From: Desulfosoma sp.
Lineage (GTDB): Bacteria > Desulfobacterota > Syntrophobacteria > Syntrophobacterales > DSM-9756
Direction: 5' to 3'
DNA length: 64,000 bases
Assembly: GCA_037481835.1 (NCBI GenBank)
Contig: JBBFKW010000007.1
Location: forward strand, 1-64,000
In this document: piece after piece, positions 45,535-55,189 of the stretch
How positions within the stretch are numbered: position 1 is the stretch's first letter
Layout: each line of letters opens with the position of its first letter
Notes under the pieces: model-generated
What the model was told of the DNA's origin: nothing
Seen by the model: only the letters and a program-made list of their open reading frames with translations
Database searches by the model: none
Position numbers and translations under genes: made by a program

Positions 45535-47136
45535 ATGCCTGAAAGACAGGTCTATCTTTACGACACCACTTTGCGTGACGGGACGCAGGCCGAGGACTTC
45601 AACCTTTCCTTGGCCGATAAGATCCGGGTGGCTCTGAAATTGGATGATCTTGGGATTCATTACATCGAAGGGGGATGGCCGGGATCCAATCCCAAGGACG
45701 AGGAATTTTTTGCGGAGATCCGAAATTACGAACTGAAACGGGCCAAGATCGCCGCCTTCGGATCCACGCATCACCCGAGTAATCGGGCCGATCAGGACGC
45801 CAATCTGCGCGCCTTGGTGGACGCCAAGACTCCCGTGGTTACCATTTTCGGCAAGAGTTGGACGGTGCACGTCAAGGATGCCTTGAAAACCACGTTGAAC
45901 AAGAACCTGGAAATCATCCGAGACAGCTTGGCTTTCCTCCGGCCGCAGGTGGAGACGCTCTTCTATGATGCCGAACACTTTTTCGACGGTTTCCGGGACA
46001 ATCCTGAATACGCTCTGGCCACCTTGGCCAAAGCCGTGGAAGGCGGGGCGGAATGCCTCATTTTGTGTGACACCAACGGCGGGAATCTGCCGTCGACCAT
46101 TCAGGAAGCCATCAAAGCCGTGCAGGCCCGTTTTCCCAACGTTCCCTTAGGGATTCACGCCCATAACGATTCGGACTTGGCTGTGGCCAATTCACTGGCG
46201 GCGGTGGAAATGGGCGTCGTCCAGGTTCAAGGGACCTTCAACGGTGTGGGGGAGCGCTGCGGTAACGCAAACCTGTGTTCCATCATCCCCACGCTGTGCC
46301 TGAAGATGAACATCCCGTGTTTGGCTCCGGAAGATCTGAAAAAACTCAGGCGAGTCAGCCGATTCATCCTGGAAATTGCCAATGTGCCGCCCAACCGTTA
46401 CCAACCTTACGTGGGCCGAAGCGCCTTCGCCCACAAAGGCGGGGTCCATATCAGCGCCGTGGAACGCAGCCCCCGCACCTACGAACACATTGATCCGGAA
46501 CTGGTGGGCAACAAGCGCCGATTTCTCATCTCCGACCTGTCTGGCAGGGCGGCTGTTCAGAGAAAAGCCGTGGAATTCGGCATCCCCCTTACTTCCAAGG
46601 ACCCTGTGGCCTTGCAGGTGCTCAATCAAATCAAGGAACTGGAACATCAAGGCTATCAGTTTGAAGCCGCCGAGGCCAGCTTTGAACTGCTCATCAACAA
46701 GGCCATGGGCCGGTTCAAGAAATACTTCGAACTCATCGGATACCGCGTGGTGGACCAAAAGCTCAGCGAAAACGGGGAGCCGGTGTCGGAAGCCACCATC
46801 CGCGTCCGCGTCGGGGGGCAGGAAGAGCATACGGCGGCCCTGGGGCAGGGGCCGGTGAACGCCCTGGACAACGCGCTGCGCAAGGCTCTGGAAAAGTTCT
46901 ATCCCGAACTCAAAGGCATGGAGCTCACGGACTACAGGGTTCGCGTTCTTCCCGGCAAGGAAGGGACGGCGGCCAAGGTGCGCGTGCTCATCGAATCCCA
47001 CGACGGCAAGGAACACTGGGGGACCGTGGGCGTTTCCCACGACATCTTGGAAGCCAGCTGGCAGGCCCTCGTGGACAGCATCAACTACAAAATGTACATG
47101 GGGGAAAAGGCCCAAGAAACCAAGACGGCCAAATAA
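45535..47136 (+). CDS. cimA: Citramalate synthase
   Basis: [39 protein letters not shown], and a LeuA-type regulatory C-terminus. Confidence 0.92.
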   Translation: MPERQVYLYDTTLRDGTQAEDFNLSLADKIRVALKLDDLGIHYIEGGWPGSNPKDEEFFAEIRNYELKRAKIAAFGSTHHPSNRADQDANLRALVDAKTPVVTIFGKSWTVHVKDALKTTLNKNLEIIRDSLAFLRPQVETLFYDAEHFFDGFRDNPEYALATLAKAVEGGAECLILCDTNGGNLPSTIQEAIKAVQARFPNVPLGIHAHNDSDLAVANSLAAVEMGVVQVQGTFNGVGERCGNANLCSIIPTLCLKMNIPCLAPEDLKKLRRVSRFILEIANVPPNRYQPYVGRSAFAHKGGVHISAVERSPRTYEHIDPELVGNKRRFLISDLSGRAAVQRKAVEFGIPLTSKDPVALQVLNQIKELEHQGYQFEAAEASFELLINKAMGRFKKYFELIGYRVVDQKLSENGEPVSEATIRVRVGGQEEHTAALGQGPVNALDNALRKALEKFYPELKGMELTDYRVRVLPGKEGTAAKVRVLIESHDGKEHWGTVGVSHDILEASWQALVDSINYKMYMGEKAQETKTAK

Positions 47137-47478
47137 TCTTAATGGGCCTGGCGAGGGCGAACGGCAGCGTGACGGAATAATGGGGATTGCCGACGGCATG
47201 TTGTCGCCAGTCCCGAACGATCATGGGTGCCCTTGCCTCACCCGGCATGGGTGAAAAAGCGGGCCGGGCAGGCACTCTTTGTGGAAGCGCCGAGAGGGGC
47301 GACCGTCCCTCATCGCGCTTTTCGCCTCTCCCACTGTAGACCAAAGCCGAAGTTTTTTCACAACAAGGTGTCCCGCTCCCTCGTTTCCGCTCACGATGCT
47401 TTCTTTGCGCCTGGGCGCGAGACCTTTTTTACCTCGCGCCAAGGGGAGTCGTCTCGGTCGCTCCGGTTCGTCGCCTTT

Positions 47479-48852
47479 CTAGTTGTTGAGGCTTTGGACG
47501 GGTGCGGGGATGCGGCCGCCGAGCCGAATGAATTCCGTGGAGAGATCCCCATTGGGTATGGGAATGATGGTCGCCTCTCCCAGTAGGCCCCCGAAGTAGG
47601 CTTTTTCTCCCGCTTTTTTTCCGGGGACTGGGATGAGCCGGGCTGCGGTGGTTTTTCGGTTGATAACACCGATGGCCATTTCGTCAGCGATGATGGCGGC
47701 GAGGGTTTCGGCGGACGTATCGCCCGGCAGAGCCACCATATCGAGCCCGACGGAGCAGACGCTGGTCATGGCTTCGAGCTTTTCCAGGCTGAGATGCCCC
47801 TTTCGGGCCGCCTCGGAAATGTTCAGATCTTCGCTCACGGGGATGAACGCGCCGCTCAAGCCGCCCACATAGCTGCTGGCAAAGGCGCCGCCTTTCTTGA
47901 CTGCATCGTTGAGCAAGGCCAAGACCGCCGTCGATCCCGGGGCGCCGATGCTTCCCAGGCCCAGGCTCTGGAAGATTTCCCCCACACTATCCCCCACGTT
48001 GGGTGTGGGCGCCAGGCTGAGGTCCACGACACCGAAGGGGATTTCGAGGCGGCGGGCCACTTCCCGGCCGATGAGTTCCCCGACGCTCGTGACTTTGAAG
48101 GCCGTCCGTTTGATGACTTCGGCCAGCCGGCCCAAATCCAGCGCGGGATTGGTCCGTCGCGCCCGATCGATGGCTTTTCGCACCACTCCGGGACCGCTCA
48201 CCCCCACGTTGATGACGCATTCCGGTTCGCCGACACCCAGGTAGGCTCCCGCCATAAACGGAATATCTTGGGGAATGTTTGCAAAGACGCACAGCTTGGC
48301 GCACCCGATGCCGTCCGCGTGGGCGGTAGCCGAGGCGGTGCGTTTGATGACATGGCCCATCATGAGAACGGCATCCATGTTAATGCCCGCCTTGGTGGCG
48401 GCCACGTTGACCGAAGCACAGACCCGCTCGGTTTGAGCAAGGGCTTCCGGAATGGCGTCGATGAGGCTCACATCTCCGTTGGTGAACCCTTTTTCCACCA
48501 AGGCGCTGAAGCCGCCGATGAAGTCCACGTGAACCTCTTGGGCGGCCTCGTCCAGCGTTCGGGCGACCTTGATGAGATCGTCCCGAGCGAAAGCGGCGCC
48601 CACCACGGCGATGGGGCTGACGGCAACGCGTTTGTTCACCACCGGGATGCCGTACTTGTCTCCCACGTCATCGCACACGGCAACGAGATTTTGGGCAAGG
48701 CGGACGATTTTTCGTCGCACCTTGTCGCAGAACCTGTCCACGTCCGGGTCGGCGCAGTCGAAAAGACTCACGCCTAGGGTGACCGTGCGGACATCCAGAT
48801 GTTCGCTGCGAAGCATTTCCAGAGTGGAGAGAATTTCCCGATCCGAGAGCAT
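47479..48852 (-). CDS. PFL-like DUF711/UPF0210 family protein
   Basis: LDVRTVTLG, GVSGPGVV, DLSLAPTP, VCSVGLDM. Confidence 0.9.
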   Translation of the reverse strand: MLSDREILSTLEMLRSEHLDVRTVTLGVSLFDCADPDVDRFCDKVRRKIVRLAQNLVAVCDDVGDKYGIPVVNKRVAVSPIAVVGAAFARDDLIKVARTLDEAAQEVHVDFIGGFSALVEKGFTNGDVSLIDAIPEALAQTERVCASVNVAATKAGINMDAVLMMGHVIKRTASATAHADGIGCAKLCVFANIPQDIPFMAGAYLGVGEPECVINVGVSGPGVVRKAIDRARRTNPALDLGRLAEVIKRTAFKVTSVGELIGREVARRLEIPFGVVDLSLAPTPNVGDSVGEIFQSLGLGSIGAPGSTAVLALLNDAVKKGGAFASSYVGGLSGAFIPVSEDLNISEAARKGHLSLEKLEAMTSVCSVGLDMVALPGDTSAETLAAIIADEMAIGVINRKTTAARLIPVPGKKAGEKAYFGGLLGEATIIPIPNGDLSTEFIRLGGRIPAPVQSLNN

Positions 48853-48898
48853 GGTGCGTCCTGACTCCTAAAGGAATGTGGCCCTTGAAAGGATGGGA

Positions 48899-49456
48899 TC
48901 AAATGCGGTGGATCGCCTCGAAAATGTCCCTGTGTTGAAGACTCAAATCCAAGCCCAGGTCTTCCGCCCTTTGGCGAAGAGCCTTGCGAAACGCCTGCTG
49001 GTCGATATGCAAGGGAATATCCACTTCGTAGATCATGATGTTTCGCCGGGGGTCGGCCCCTCCGCGGAAGGCGGCCCGAAGATTTGTGATGTTCACCCCG
49101 AACCGGGCCATCACGTCCGTAATGCCGGCCACAAGCCCCAGGCGGTCCGGACCGATAGTGGTGACGACGAAAGGTTCGCTGGGTGGTGCCTCATACCGGC
49201 CGGCTTCTTGCGTGGGCTTGAGGAGCACGGCCAGGCCCATGGGCTTGAGGTGCTCCTGCAGTTTCTTTTCCAAGTCCTCCATGGAGAGGTCCTCGGGCAA
49301 GGAAGCGATAAAGATGCCGGCGAATTCCGACTGCAAAATGGTTTGACTCACATCTTCGATATTGCATCGGTTTTCCGAAAGGACTCGGGAAACCGCGGCA
49401 ACAATCCCGGGCCTGTCGGACCCGAGGACGGAAATGACAACCTTAGCCGCAGGCAT
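48899..49456 (-). CDS. Tandem ACT-domain protein (GcvR-like)
   Basis: Two ACT repeats, GSDRPGIVA and GPDRLGLVA, with C-terminal IFEAIHRI. Upstream of DUF711. Confidence 0.85.
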   Translation of the reverse strand: MPAAKVVISVLGSDRPGIVAAVSRVLSENRCNIEDVSQTILQSEFAGIFIASLPEDLSMEDLEKKLQEHLKPMGLAVLLKPTQEAGRYEAPPSEPFVVTTIGPDRLGLVAGITDVMARFGVNITNLRAAFRGGADPRRNIMIYEVDIPLHIDQQAFRKALRQRAEDLGLDLSLQHRDIFEAIHRI

Positions 49457-49938
49457 GGCCGAAACCTCCGTGTGCAGGGACAAACTCATCGAGAGGCCCG
49501 CACGCTAGCGTGAGCACGAAAAGAAGTCAATGATCCGAAAAGGAAGCTTCAAGGTTTGCTCGACGGGACTGAAAAGACATGCCGGTATCAGCATGCCACC
49601 GATGATCCTTGTGGCGCCGGCGCCCTATCGATACGAGATTCAATCGAGCGGCCCCTTTCGTCATGGCCGTTAAAAACCCTCGGCACCGCGTTCCGCTGGA
49701 AAGGGCGGCCTCCAAGCCCGATCGGGCGTCCCGGCGGGTTTCCAATGAGGCGCTCGGCGTGCTTTTGTGGAAACCCGATAGGGTCTTGGTCGCACGGGAG
49801 CTCCGACACGAAAATGTCGCTCGACTTTGAGCGCCCCTCTTGTTAAAAGTTTCAGTAAGCGTGTCCCTGAAGAGCAGGTTTTATGCGTCCGTATGTTTCC
49901 GACGTGACGTGACCGTCACGTTCTCGAGGAGCGTTCCC

Positions 49939-51456
49939 ATGAAAGTCCTTTTGGTTTATCCGGAAGTTGCTGAAACGTTTTGGAGTTTCAAGCATGCGCT
50001 GCGCATTGTGCGCCGCAAGGCGGCGTTCCCGCCGCTGGGTCTTCTCACCGTGGCCGCCCTCCTGCCTGACCATTGGCAGAAAAAGGTCGTGGACATGAAC
50101 ACGCGACCGCTGGAAGACAGAGACCTACTGTGGGCGGACTATGTGTTTGTGAGCGCCATGATCGCCCAACGGCGTTCCACCAGAGAAGTGGTCCAGCGGT
50201 GCGCTCGCCTGGGTGTGCCCGTGGTGGGGGGAGGGCCGTTGTTTTACGGCTACGCTGAAGATTTTCCAGAGGTCTCCCACCTGGTCATCGGGGAGGGTGA
50301 GGCCCTTGTTCCGGAATTGGCGAAGGATTTGGAGGGAGGGCGCGCTCGGCCATTGTATCGAACGGACGAGCATCCCGACTTGGATCAGACGCCGCTGCCC
50401 CTTTGGGACCTCATTCGGTTGAAAGATTATGCCAGCATGAGTGTCCAGTATTCCCGGGGATGCCCGTTCAACTGCGAGTTCTGTGACATAATCGTCTTGA
50501 ACGGCAGGAAGCCGCGCACCAAGTCTCCGGAACAAATGATCGCCGAACTGGAGGCCCTTTACAGCAGAAAATGGAGGGGGTCGGTCTTCATCGTGGACGA
50601 CAACTTCATCGGCAACAAACACCGTGTGAAGGGAGTACTGGAAGCCATAATCCGCTGGCAGGAACGGCGCGGGTGGAAGTTCAGCTTTTACACCGAGGCG
50701 TCCGTGGATTTGGCCGAAGACAAGGAACTCATGGATCTCATGGTGCGTGCCGGTTTCAACAAAGTTTTCTTGGGATTGGAAACCCCGGCGACGGAAAGCC
50801 TCAAAGAATGCGGCAAGGGTCAAAACCTTCGCCGCCCCTTGGATGAGTCGGTCCGAATCATTCAGAACAGTGGCCTTGCGGTCATGGGCGGCTTTATCAT
50901 CGGCTTTGACAACGATCCACCCGACATCTTTCAAAAGCAGGTCCATTTCGTCCAGTCCACGGGCGTCGTGACGGCCATGATCGGCCTGCTGACCGCCGTG
51001 CCCGAAACGCGACTTTACAAGAGGCTGGAAAGGGAGGGTCGACTATTGTTCAAGCCCAGCGGCGACAATACGAGCCTCGAAGGGACCTTGAACTTCATTC
51101 CGAAAATGGATCGGCAAAAGATCATGGAAGGCTACCGGTGGGTGATGGATACCATCTATTCCCCCACCATGTATTACGAGCGGATCAAAGCTTTCTTGGA
51201 AACATATCGGCCGCGGGCCAAAGCCGCCTTGGAAAAAAACGATCTTGTCACTTTCGTGCGTTCCCTGTGGTATCTTGGGGTGCGTGACACCAAGGCGTCT
51301 CGATCCTGTTTCTGGAAACTCCTCAAGGAAACCCTCGTGCACTATCGTTCAAGCCTTACCGATGTGGTGACCGTGCTCGTCTACGGCTATCACTTCCGGA
51401 AGCTCTTTCACTCGGGCATGTTCCACGGCCATGAGGTTACCGACGGGCGTTCCTGA
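49939..51456 (+). CDS. B12-binding radical SAM protein with DUF4070-type C-terminus
   Basis: FPPLGLLTVA, RGCPFNCEFC, VDDNFIGN, GGFIIGFD. Confidence 0.9.
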   Translation: MKVLLVYPEVAETFWSFKHALRIVRRKAAFPPLGLLTVAALLPDHWQKKVVDMNTRPLEDRDLLWADYVFVSAMIAQRRSTREVVQRCARLGVPVVGGGPLFYGYAEDFPEVSHLVIGEGEALVPELAKDLEGGRARPLYRTDEHPDLDQTPLPLWDLIRLKDYASMSVQYSRGCPFNCEFCDIIVLNGRKPRTKSPEQMIAELEALYSRKWRGSVFIVDDNFIGNKHRVKGVLEAIIRWQERRGWKFSFYTEASVDLAEDKELMDLMVRAGFNKVFLGLETPATESLKECGKGQNLRRPLDESVRIIQNSGLAVMGGFIIGFDNDPPDIFQKQVHFVQSTGVVTAMIGLLTAVPETRLYKRLEREGRLLFKPSGDNTSLEGTLNFIPKMDRQKIMEGYRWVMDTIYSPTMYYERIKAFLETYRPRAKAALEKNDLVTFVRSLWYLGVRDTKASRSCFWKLLKETLVHYRSSLTDVVTVLVYGYHFRKLFHSGMFHGHEVTDGRS

Positions 51457-51500
51457 CCCGGAAAGGGAAAAAACGCGCGCCACACTTTCCCGTTTTTCGT

Positions 51501-52001
51501 CTAGGTGGGGTTGATTTCGGCCGCCGCCTCAAGGCGGCCGAAATGGGCGAACCGGCGGCGAAGGTCGCCTGTGTGAGGAACAAAACGCAGCCGACGCGTC
51601 GTCGGGCCGAGGATTTCCAAGAAAATATCCAGCCTTGCCGAAGGGAGGAAGGGCCCGAGCCGTTCGGGCCATTCCACCACGGCGACGCCGTCCCCGAAAA
51701 GAGCTTCCCTCCAGGGGAGGGTTTCCAACTCGTCGGGATCGCCCAGGCGGTAGCCGTCCATGTGGTAGAGGCGAAGCCGCCCTTCGTATTCGTTGATGAT
51801 GGTGAAGGTCGGGCTCGTGACGGCCGTTCCCGCGGGGACTCCCAAGCCTCGAGCGATCCCTTTGGTAAGGAGGGTCTTGCCCGCTCCCAGTTCTCCCCAC
51901 AAGGCCACCACATCGCCCGCGACCAAGCGTTTTCCCACGGCTTCCCCCAAGGCCAAGGACGCCTCGGGTGACGCGGATTCCACGCACAGGCTTTCCGTCA
52001 T
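51501..52001 (-). CDS. tsaE: tRNA threonylcarbamoyladenosine biosynthesis ATPase
   Basis: GELGAGKT, VTSPTF, YHMDGYRL, VEW. Confidence 0.93.
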   Translation of the reverse strand: MTESLCVESASPEASLALGEAVGKRLVAGDVVALWGELGAGKTLLTKGIARGLGVPAGTAVTSPTFTIINEYEGRLRLYHMDGYRLGDPDELETLPWREALFGDGVAVVEWPERLGPFLPSARLDIFLEILGPTTRRLRFVPHTGDLRRRFAHFGRLEAAAEINPT

Positions 52002-53551
52002 GCTTTTTCCAACGCTCCGATCACGAAGGGGATGTGTTCCAAGAGATCCCCCGCCAAAAGACCGCGCGTCGTCAGTCCTCGGCACACCTTTTCGGCCGCG
52101 GCGCCGTGGACGTACACCCCGAGGCACGCCGCATGGAACGGATCCAGTCCCTGGGCGATGAATCCCGCTATCATACCGGTCAAGACATCCCCCATGCCGC
52201 CCGAGGCCATGGCTGGTGTCCCGGAGCCGTTGACGGCCAGCCGCCCGTCCGGGGCGGCGATGACGGTGCGATGGCCTTTGAGAACGACGATGACACCGTG
52301 CGTGCGGCTGAATTCCTGAGCGGCCCGGAGCCGATCGGCCTGGACGTCCGGGACGGAGCAGCGGAGCAATCGCGCCATTTCCCCCGGATGGGGCGTCAGG
52401 ATCACGGGAACGGCCGCCTTGTGCAGGGTTTGGGGAGCATCAGCCAGGAGGGTCAAGGCGTCCGCATCCAGCACCAAGGGGCAGGGCGAGCGGGCGATGA
52501 GATCCTCGACCAGGCGGCGGGTTTCTTCATGGAGTGAAATACCCGGCCCGAGGGCGAAAGCCTCTTTGTCTTCCAGGAAGGCAAGGATTTCCGGTCCCGC
52601 CGCCTCCGCGGCGCTCTGCTCCGACGTTTCCGCAATGGGCAGGGTCATGGCTTCGGTGAGCTTGACTTCCAGGATGGGGTTCAGGGAACGGGGAATGAAA
52701 AGGGTCACAAGCCCCGCCCCCACCCGCGCCGCGCCCAAGCAGGCCAGCGTCGCGGCACCGGTTTTTCCCGGGGAGCCGGAAAGGACGCACACGTGCCCCG
52801 CCCGTCCTTTGTGGGTTTCGGCCGGCCGCGGCCGCAGCCACTGGCGGCAGGTGTCCTCGTCCAGCCACCATCGCGGGATGCCCGCGGAGGCCACCACGGC
52901 GGGAGGAATGCCGATATCCACCACATGGAGCGTCCCGACCAGGGCATCTCCCTGGGCGATTCTCTGGCCGACTTTGGGCAGTCCGAAAGTGGCCGTCGCC
53001 GTCGCGCGAACGGCCGCCCCCAGAATCTTTCCCGTGGAGGCATCCAGACCCGACGGCACATCTACGGCGAGCACCGGTTTTTCCAAGGCGTTGAGCGCTT
53101 CGATGACGTCGCGGTACAGCCCTTGGACGGGACTGGACAGACCCGTGCCGAGAATGGCATCGACGATGACGTCCGCTTCGCGGATGAGGGCGAATTGAGA
53201 TGAAAAATCGGAACTTTCATCCCAGTGGCAGGGCCTGAGTCCGATGTTTTCCAAGATCCGGTAATTGATCAAAGCGTCGCCCCGGAGCCGTTCCGCCGGT
53301 CGCAGGCAGACGACGCGCACCGAGGCGCCGCGAGTGTGCAAGAGGCGCGCGATGACGAAACCGTCTCCCGCGTTGTTGCCTGTGCCGGCAACAACCACGA
53401 CGCGGCGTTGGGCCAGGTCGGGAAGAATCCGTTCAAAAAAGGCCAAGGCCCCCCGAGCCGCGTTTTCCATGAGCACGACCCCGGGAATGCCGATTTCTTC
53501 GATGGTCCGTCGGTCCAGTTCGGCCATTTCTTGAGCGGTGACGAGAATCAT
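51998..53551 (-). CDS. nnr: Bifunctional NAD(P)H-hydrate epimerase/dehydratase
   Basis: LMENAA, GNNAGDG, DVPSG, HKG, LDADAL, TPHPGE, GMGDVL. Confidence 0.94.
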   Translation of the reverse strand: MILVTAQEMAELDRRTIEEIGIPGVVLMENAARGALAFFERILPDLAQRRVVVVAGTGNNAGDGFVIARLLHTRGASVRVVCLRPAERLRGDALINYRILENIGLRPCHWDESSDFSSQFALIREADVIVDAILGTGLSSPVQGLYRDVIEALNALEKPVLAVDVPSGLDASTGKILGAAVRATATATFGLPKVGQRIAQGDALVGTLHVVDIGIPPAVVASAGIPRWWLDEDTCRQWLRPRPAETHKGRAGHVCVLSGSPGKTGAATLACLGAARVGAGLVTLFIPRSLNPILEVKLTEAMTLPIAETSEQSAAEAAGPEILAFLEDKEAFALGPGISLHEETRRLVEDLIARSPCPLVLDADALTLLADAPQTLHKAAVPVILTPHPGEMARLLRCSVPDVQADRLRAAQEFSRTHGVIVVLKGHRTVIAAPDGRLAVNGSGTPAMASGGMGDVLTGMIAGFIAQGLDPFHAACLGVYVHGAAAEKVCRGLTTRGLLAGDLLEHIPFVIGALEKA

Positions 53552-53569
53552 TGGCGTTCCCTCTGAAAT

Positions 53570-53974
53570 TCAGGCGAACGGAGTGGGAGGATCGTGGGTT
53601 TCCAGGAGTGCGACCGCTGCGCCGTAGAGGCCGTCGTCGGTCAGGCTGATGTGCCAGGCATGCACGCCCAGAGCGTGGACGAAGGCTCGAGCCCTTTCGG
53701 AAAGCATGAGAAGTGGTTTTCCAGAAGGGTCATTGCGGATTTCCATGTCTTTCCAATGAAGCGGGGCGCGCACGCCCGTTCCCACCGCTTTGGCGAAAGC
53801 CTCTTTGGCGGCGAAACGCAGAGCGAAGCACGCCGCTCTATTTTTTTTGGCCCCGCAGGCCTGCTTTTCAAACGCGGTAAAAACCTTTTCCAGGAATCGG
53901 TCGCCCCACCGGACCAGGCCCGCCTCCACGCGGTCGATGCGCACCATATCGATCCCGATGCCGTAGACGCCCAT
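53570..53974 (-). CDS. acpS: Holo-[acyl-carrier-protein] synthase
   Basis: GIGIDMV, RFAAKEAFAKA, HISLT. Confidence 0.94.
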   Translation of the reverse strand: MGVYGIGIDMVRIDRVEAGLVRWGDRFLEKVFTAFEKQACGAKKNRAACFALRFAAKEAFAKAVGTGVRAPLHWKDMEIRNDPSGKPLLMLSERARAFVHALGVHAWHISLTDDGLYGAAVALLETHDPPTPFA

Positions 53975-54690
53975 CAGCCGTTCACCAAATCGATCATTTC
54001 CCTCACGGCCCGCTCCATTCCCACAAGAACGGCCCGGGCGATGACAGCGTGGCCGATGCTGAATTCTTCGATTTCCTTGATCACGCGGAGCCAGAGCACA
54101 TTGCGGTAGTCCACGCCGTGGCCCGCATGGACGATGAGGCCGATTTTGGCCGCCAGCTTGGCCGCCTCTTGGACCCGGTCGAATTCTTCCTGGCGTTGGG
54201 CGTAGGATTTTGCTTCGGCGAAGGATCCCGTATGGATTTCCACGCAATCGGCGTCGATTTTGGCCGCCGTCTTGACATGTTTGGGATCGGGATTGACGAA
54301 AAGGCTGACAAAAATGCCCCCCTCATGCAATCGCTTGATGGCTTCGGCCAGGGGCTCTTCATACAGGACCACGTCCAGGCCGCCTTCGGTGGTCAGTTCC
54401 TGGCGTTTTTCCGGGACCAGGGTCACCAAATCCGGCTTGATCCTGAGCGCCGTCTCGATCATTTCCGCCGTGGCCGCCATTTCCAGATTCAGCCGCGTCT
54501 TGACCGTGCGGCGAAGGATTTCCACATCCCGATCCTGAATATGACGACGATCTTCCCGAAGATGAACCACGATGCCTTGGGCTCCGGCCAATTCCGCCAG
54601 GGCGGCGGCCACAACCGGGTCCGGTTCCGAGGCGAGCCGGGCTTGGCGTACCGTTGCCACGTGGTCCACATTGATGGCTACCCGTGCCAC
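53974..54690 (-). CDS. pdxJ: Pyridoxine 5'-phosphate synthase
   Basis: NVDHVATVRQAR, HLREDRRHI, TTEGG, HAGHG, IGH. GTG start after GGAGG. Confidence 0.95.
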   Translation of the reverse strand: MARVAINVDHVATVRQARLASEPDPVVAAALAELAGAQGIVVHLREDRRHIQDRDVEILRRTVKTRLNLEMAATAEMIETALRIKPDLVTLVPEKRQELTTEGGLDVVLYEEPLAEAIKRLHEGGIFVSLFVNPDPKHVKTAAKIDADCVEIHTGSFAEAKSYAQRQEEFDRVQEAAKLAAKIGLIVHAGHGVDYRNVLWLRVIKEIEEFSIGHAVIARAVLVGMERAVREMIDLVNG

Positions 54691-54703
54691 GTTTTTATCC
54701 CTC

Positions 54704-55189
54704 CTAGGCTTCCTGCGAAAAATCCGTCCGATACCACGCAAAACGGGCAGGTTCGCGCCCAAGTTGATCCAAGAGGTTCAATGTGAGAGCGTCCATGGTG
54801 GCTGCTTCGGCGGGGTCGGCGTGATCGTAGCCGAGCAGGTGAAGGATGCCGTGGACCAAGAGGAGGTCCAGGATTTCGTCCAGGGAGCAGGCCGCCTTCT
54901 CGGCCATGGCCTGGGCCGTTTCCACCCCGATGACCACATCGCCCAGCATCTGGGGCGCGATCTCGGCGAAGTCCCCCTCTCGCATGGGAAAAGACAACAC
55001 ATCGGTCGGCTCGGCGATGCCGCGGAACCGTGCGTTCAAATCGGCCATTTCTTCATCATCCGTCAAGACAAGGCTCAATTCCCCGTCACTGCAGTCCAAG
55101 GCGTTTAAGATCCGTTCGGCTGTTTGCACCAGCCGCCCCAGGTCGATCTTTATCCGGTCGCAATTCACGCTGATTTGAATCTGGGCCAT
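54704..55189 (-). CDS. ybeY: rRNA maturation endoribonuclease
   Basis: TDVLSF, LGDVVI, HGILHLLGYDH. Confidence 0.94.
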   Translation of the reverse strand: MAQIQISVNCDRIKIDLGRLVQTAERILNALDCSDGELSLVLTDDEEMADLNARFRGIAEPTDVLSFPMREGDFAEIAPQMLGDVVIGVETAQAMAEKAACSLDEILDLLLVHGILHLLGYDHADPAEAATMDALTLNLLDQLGREPARFAWYRTDFSQEA

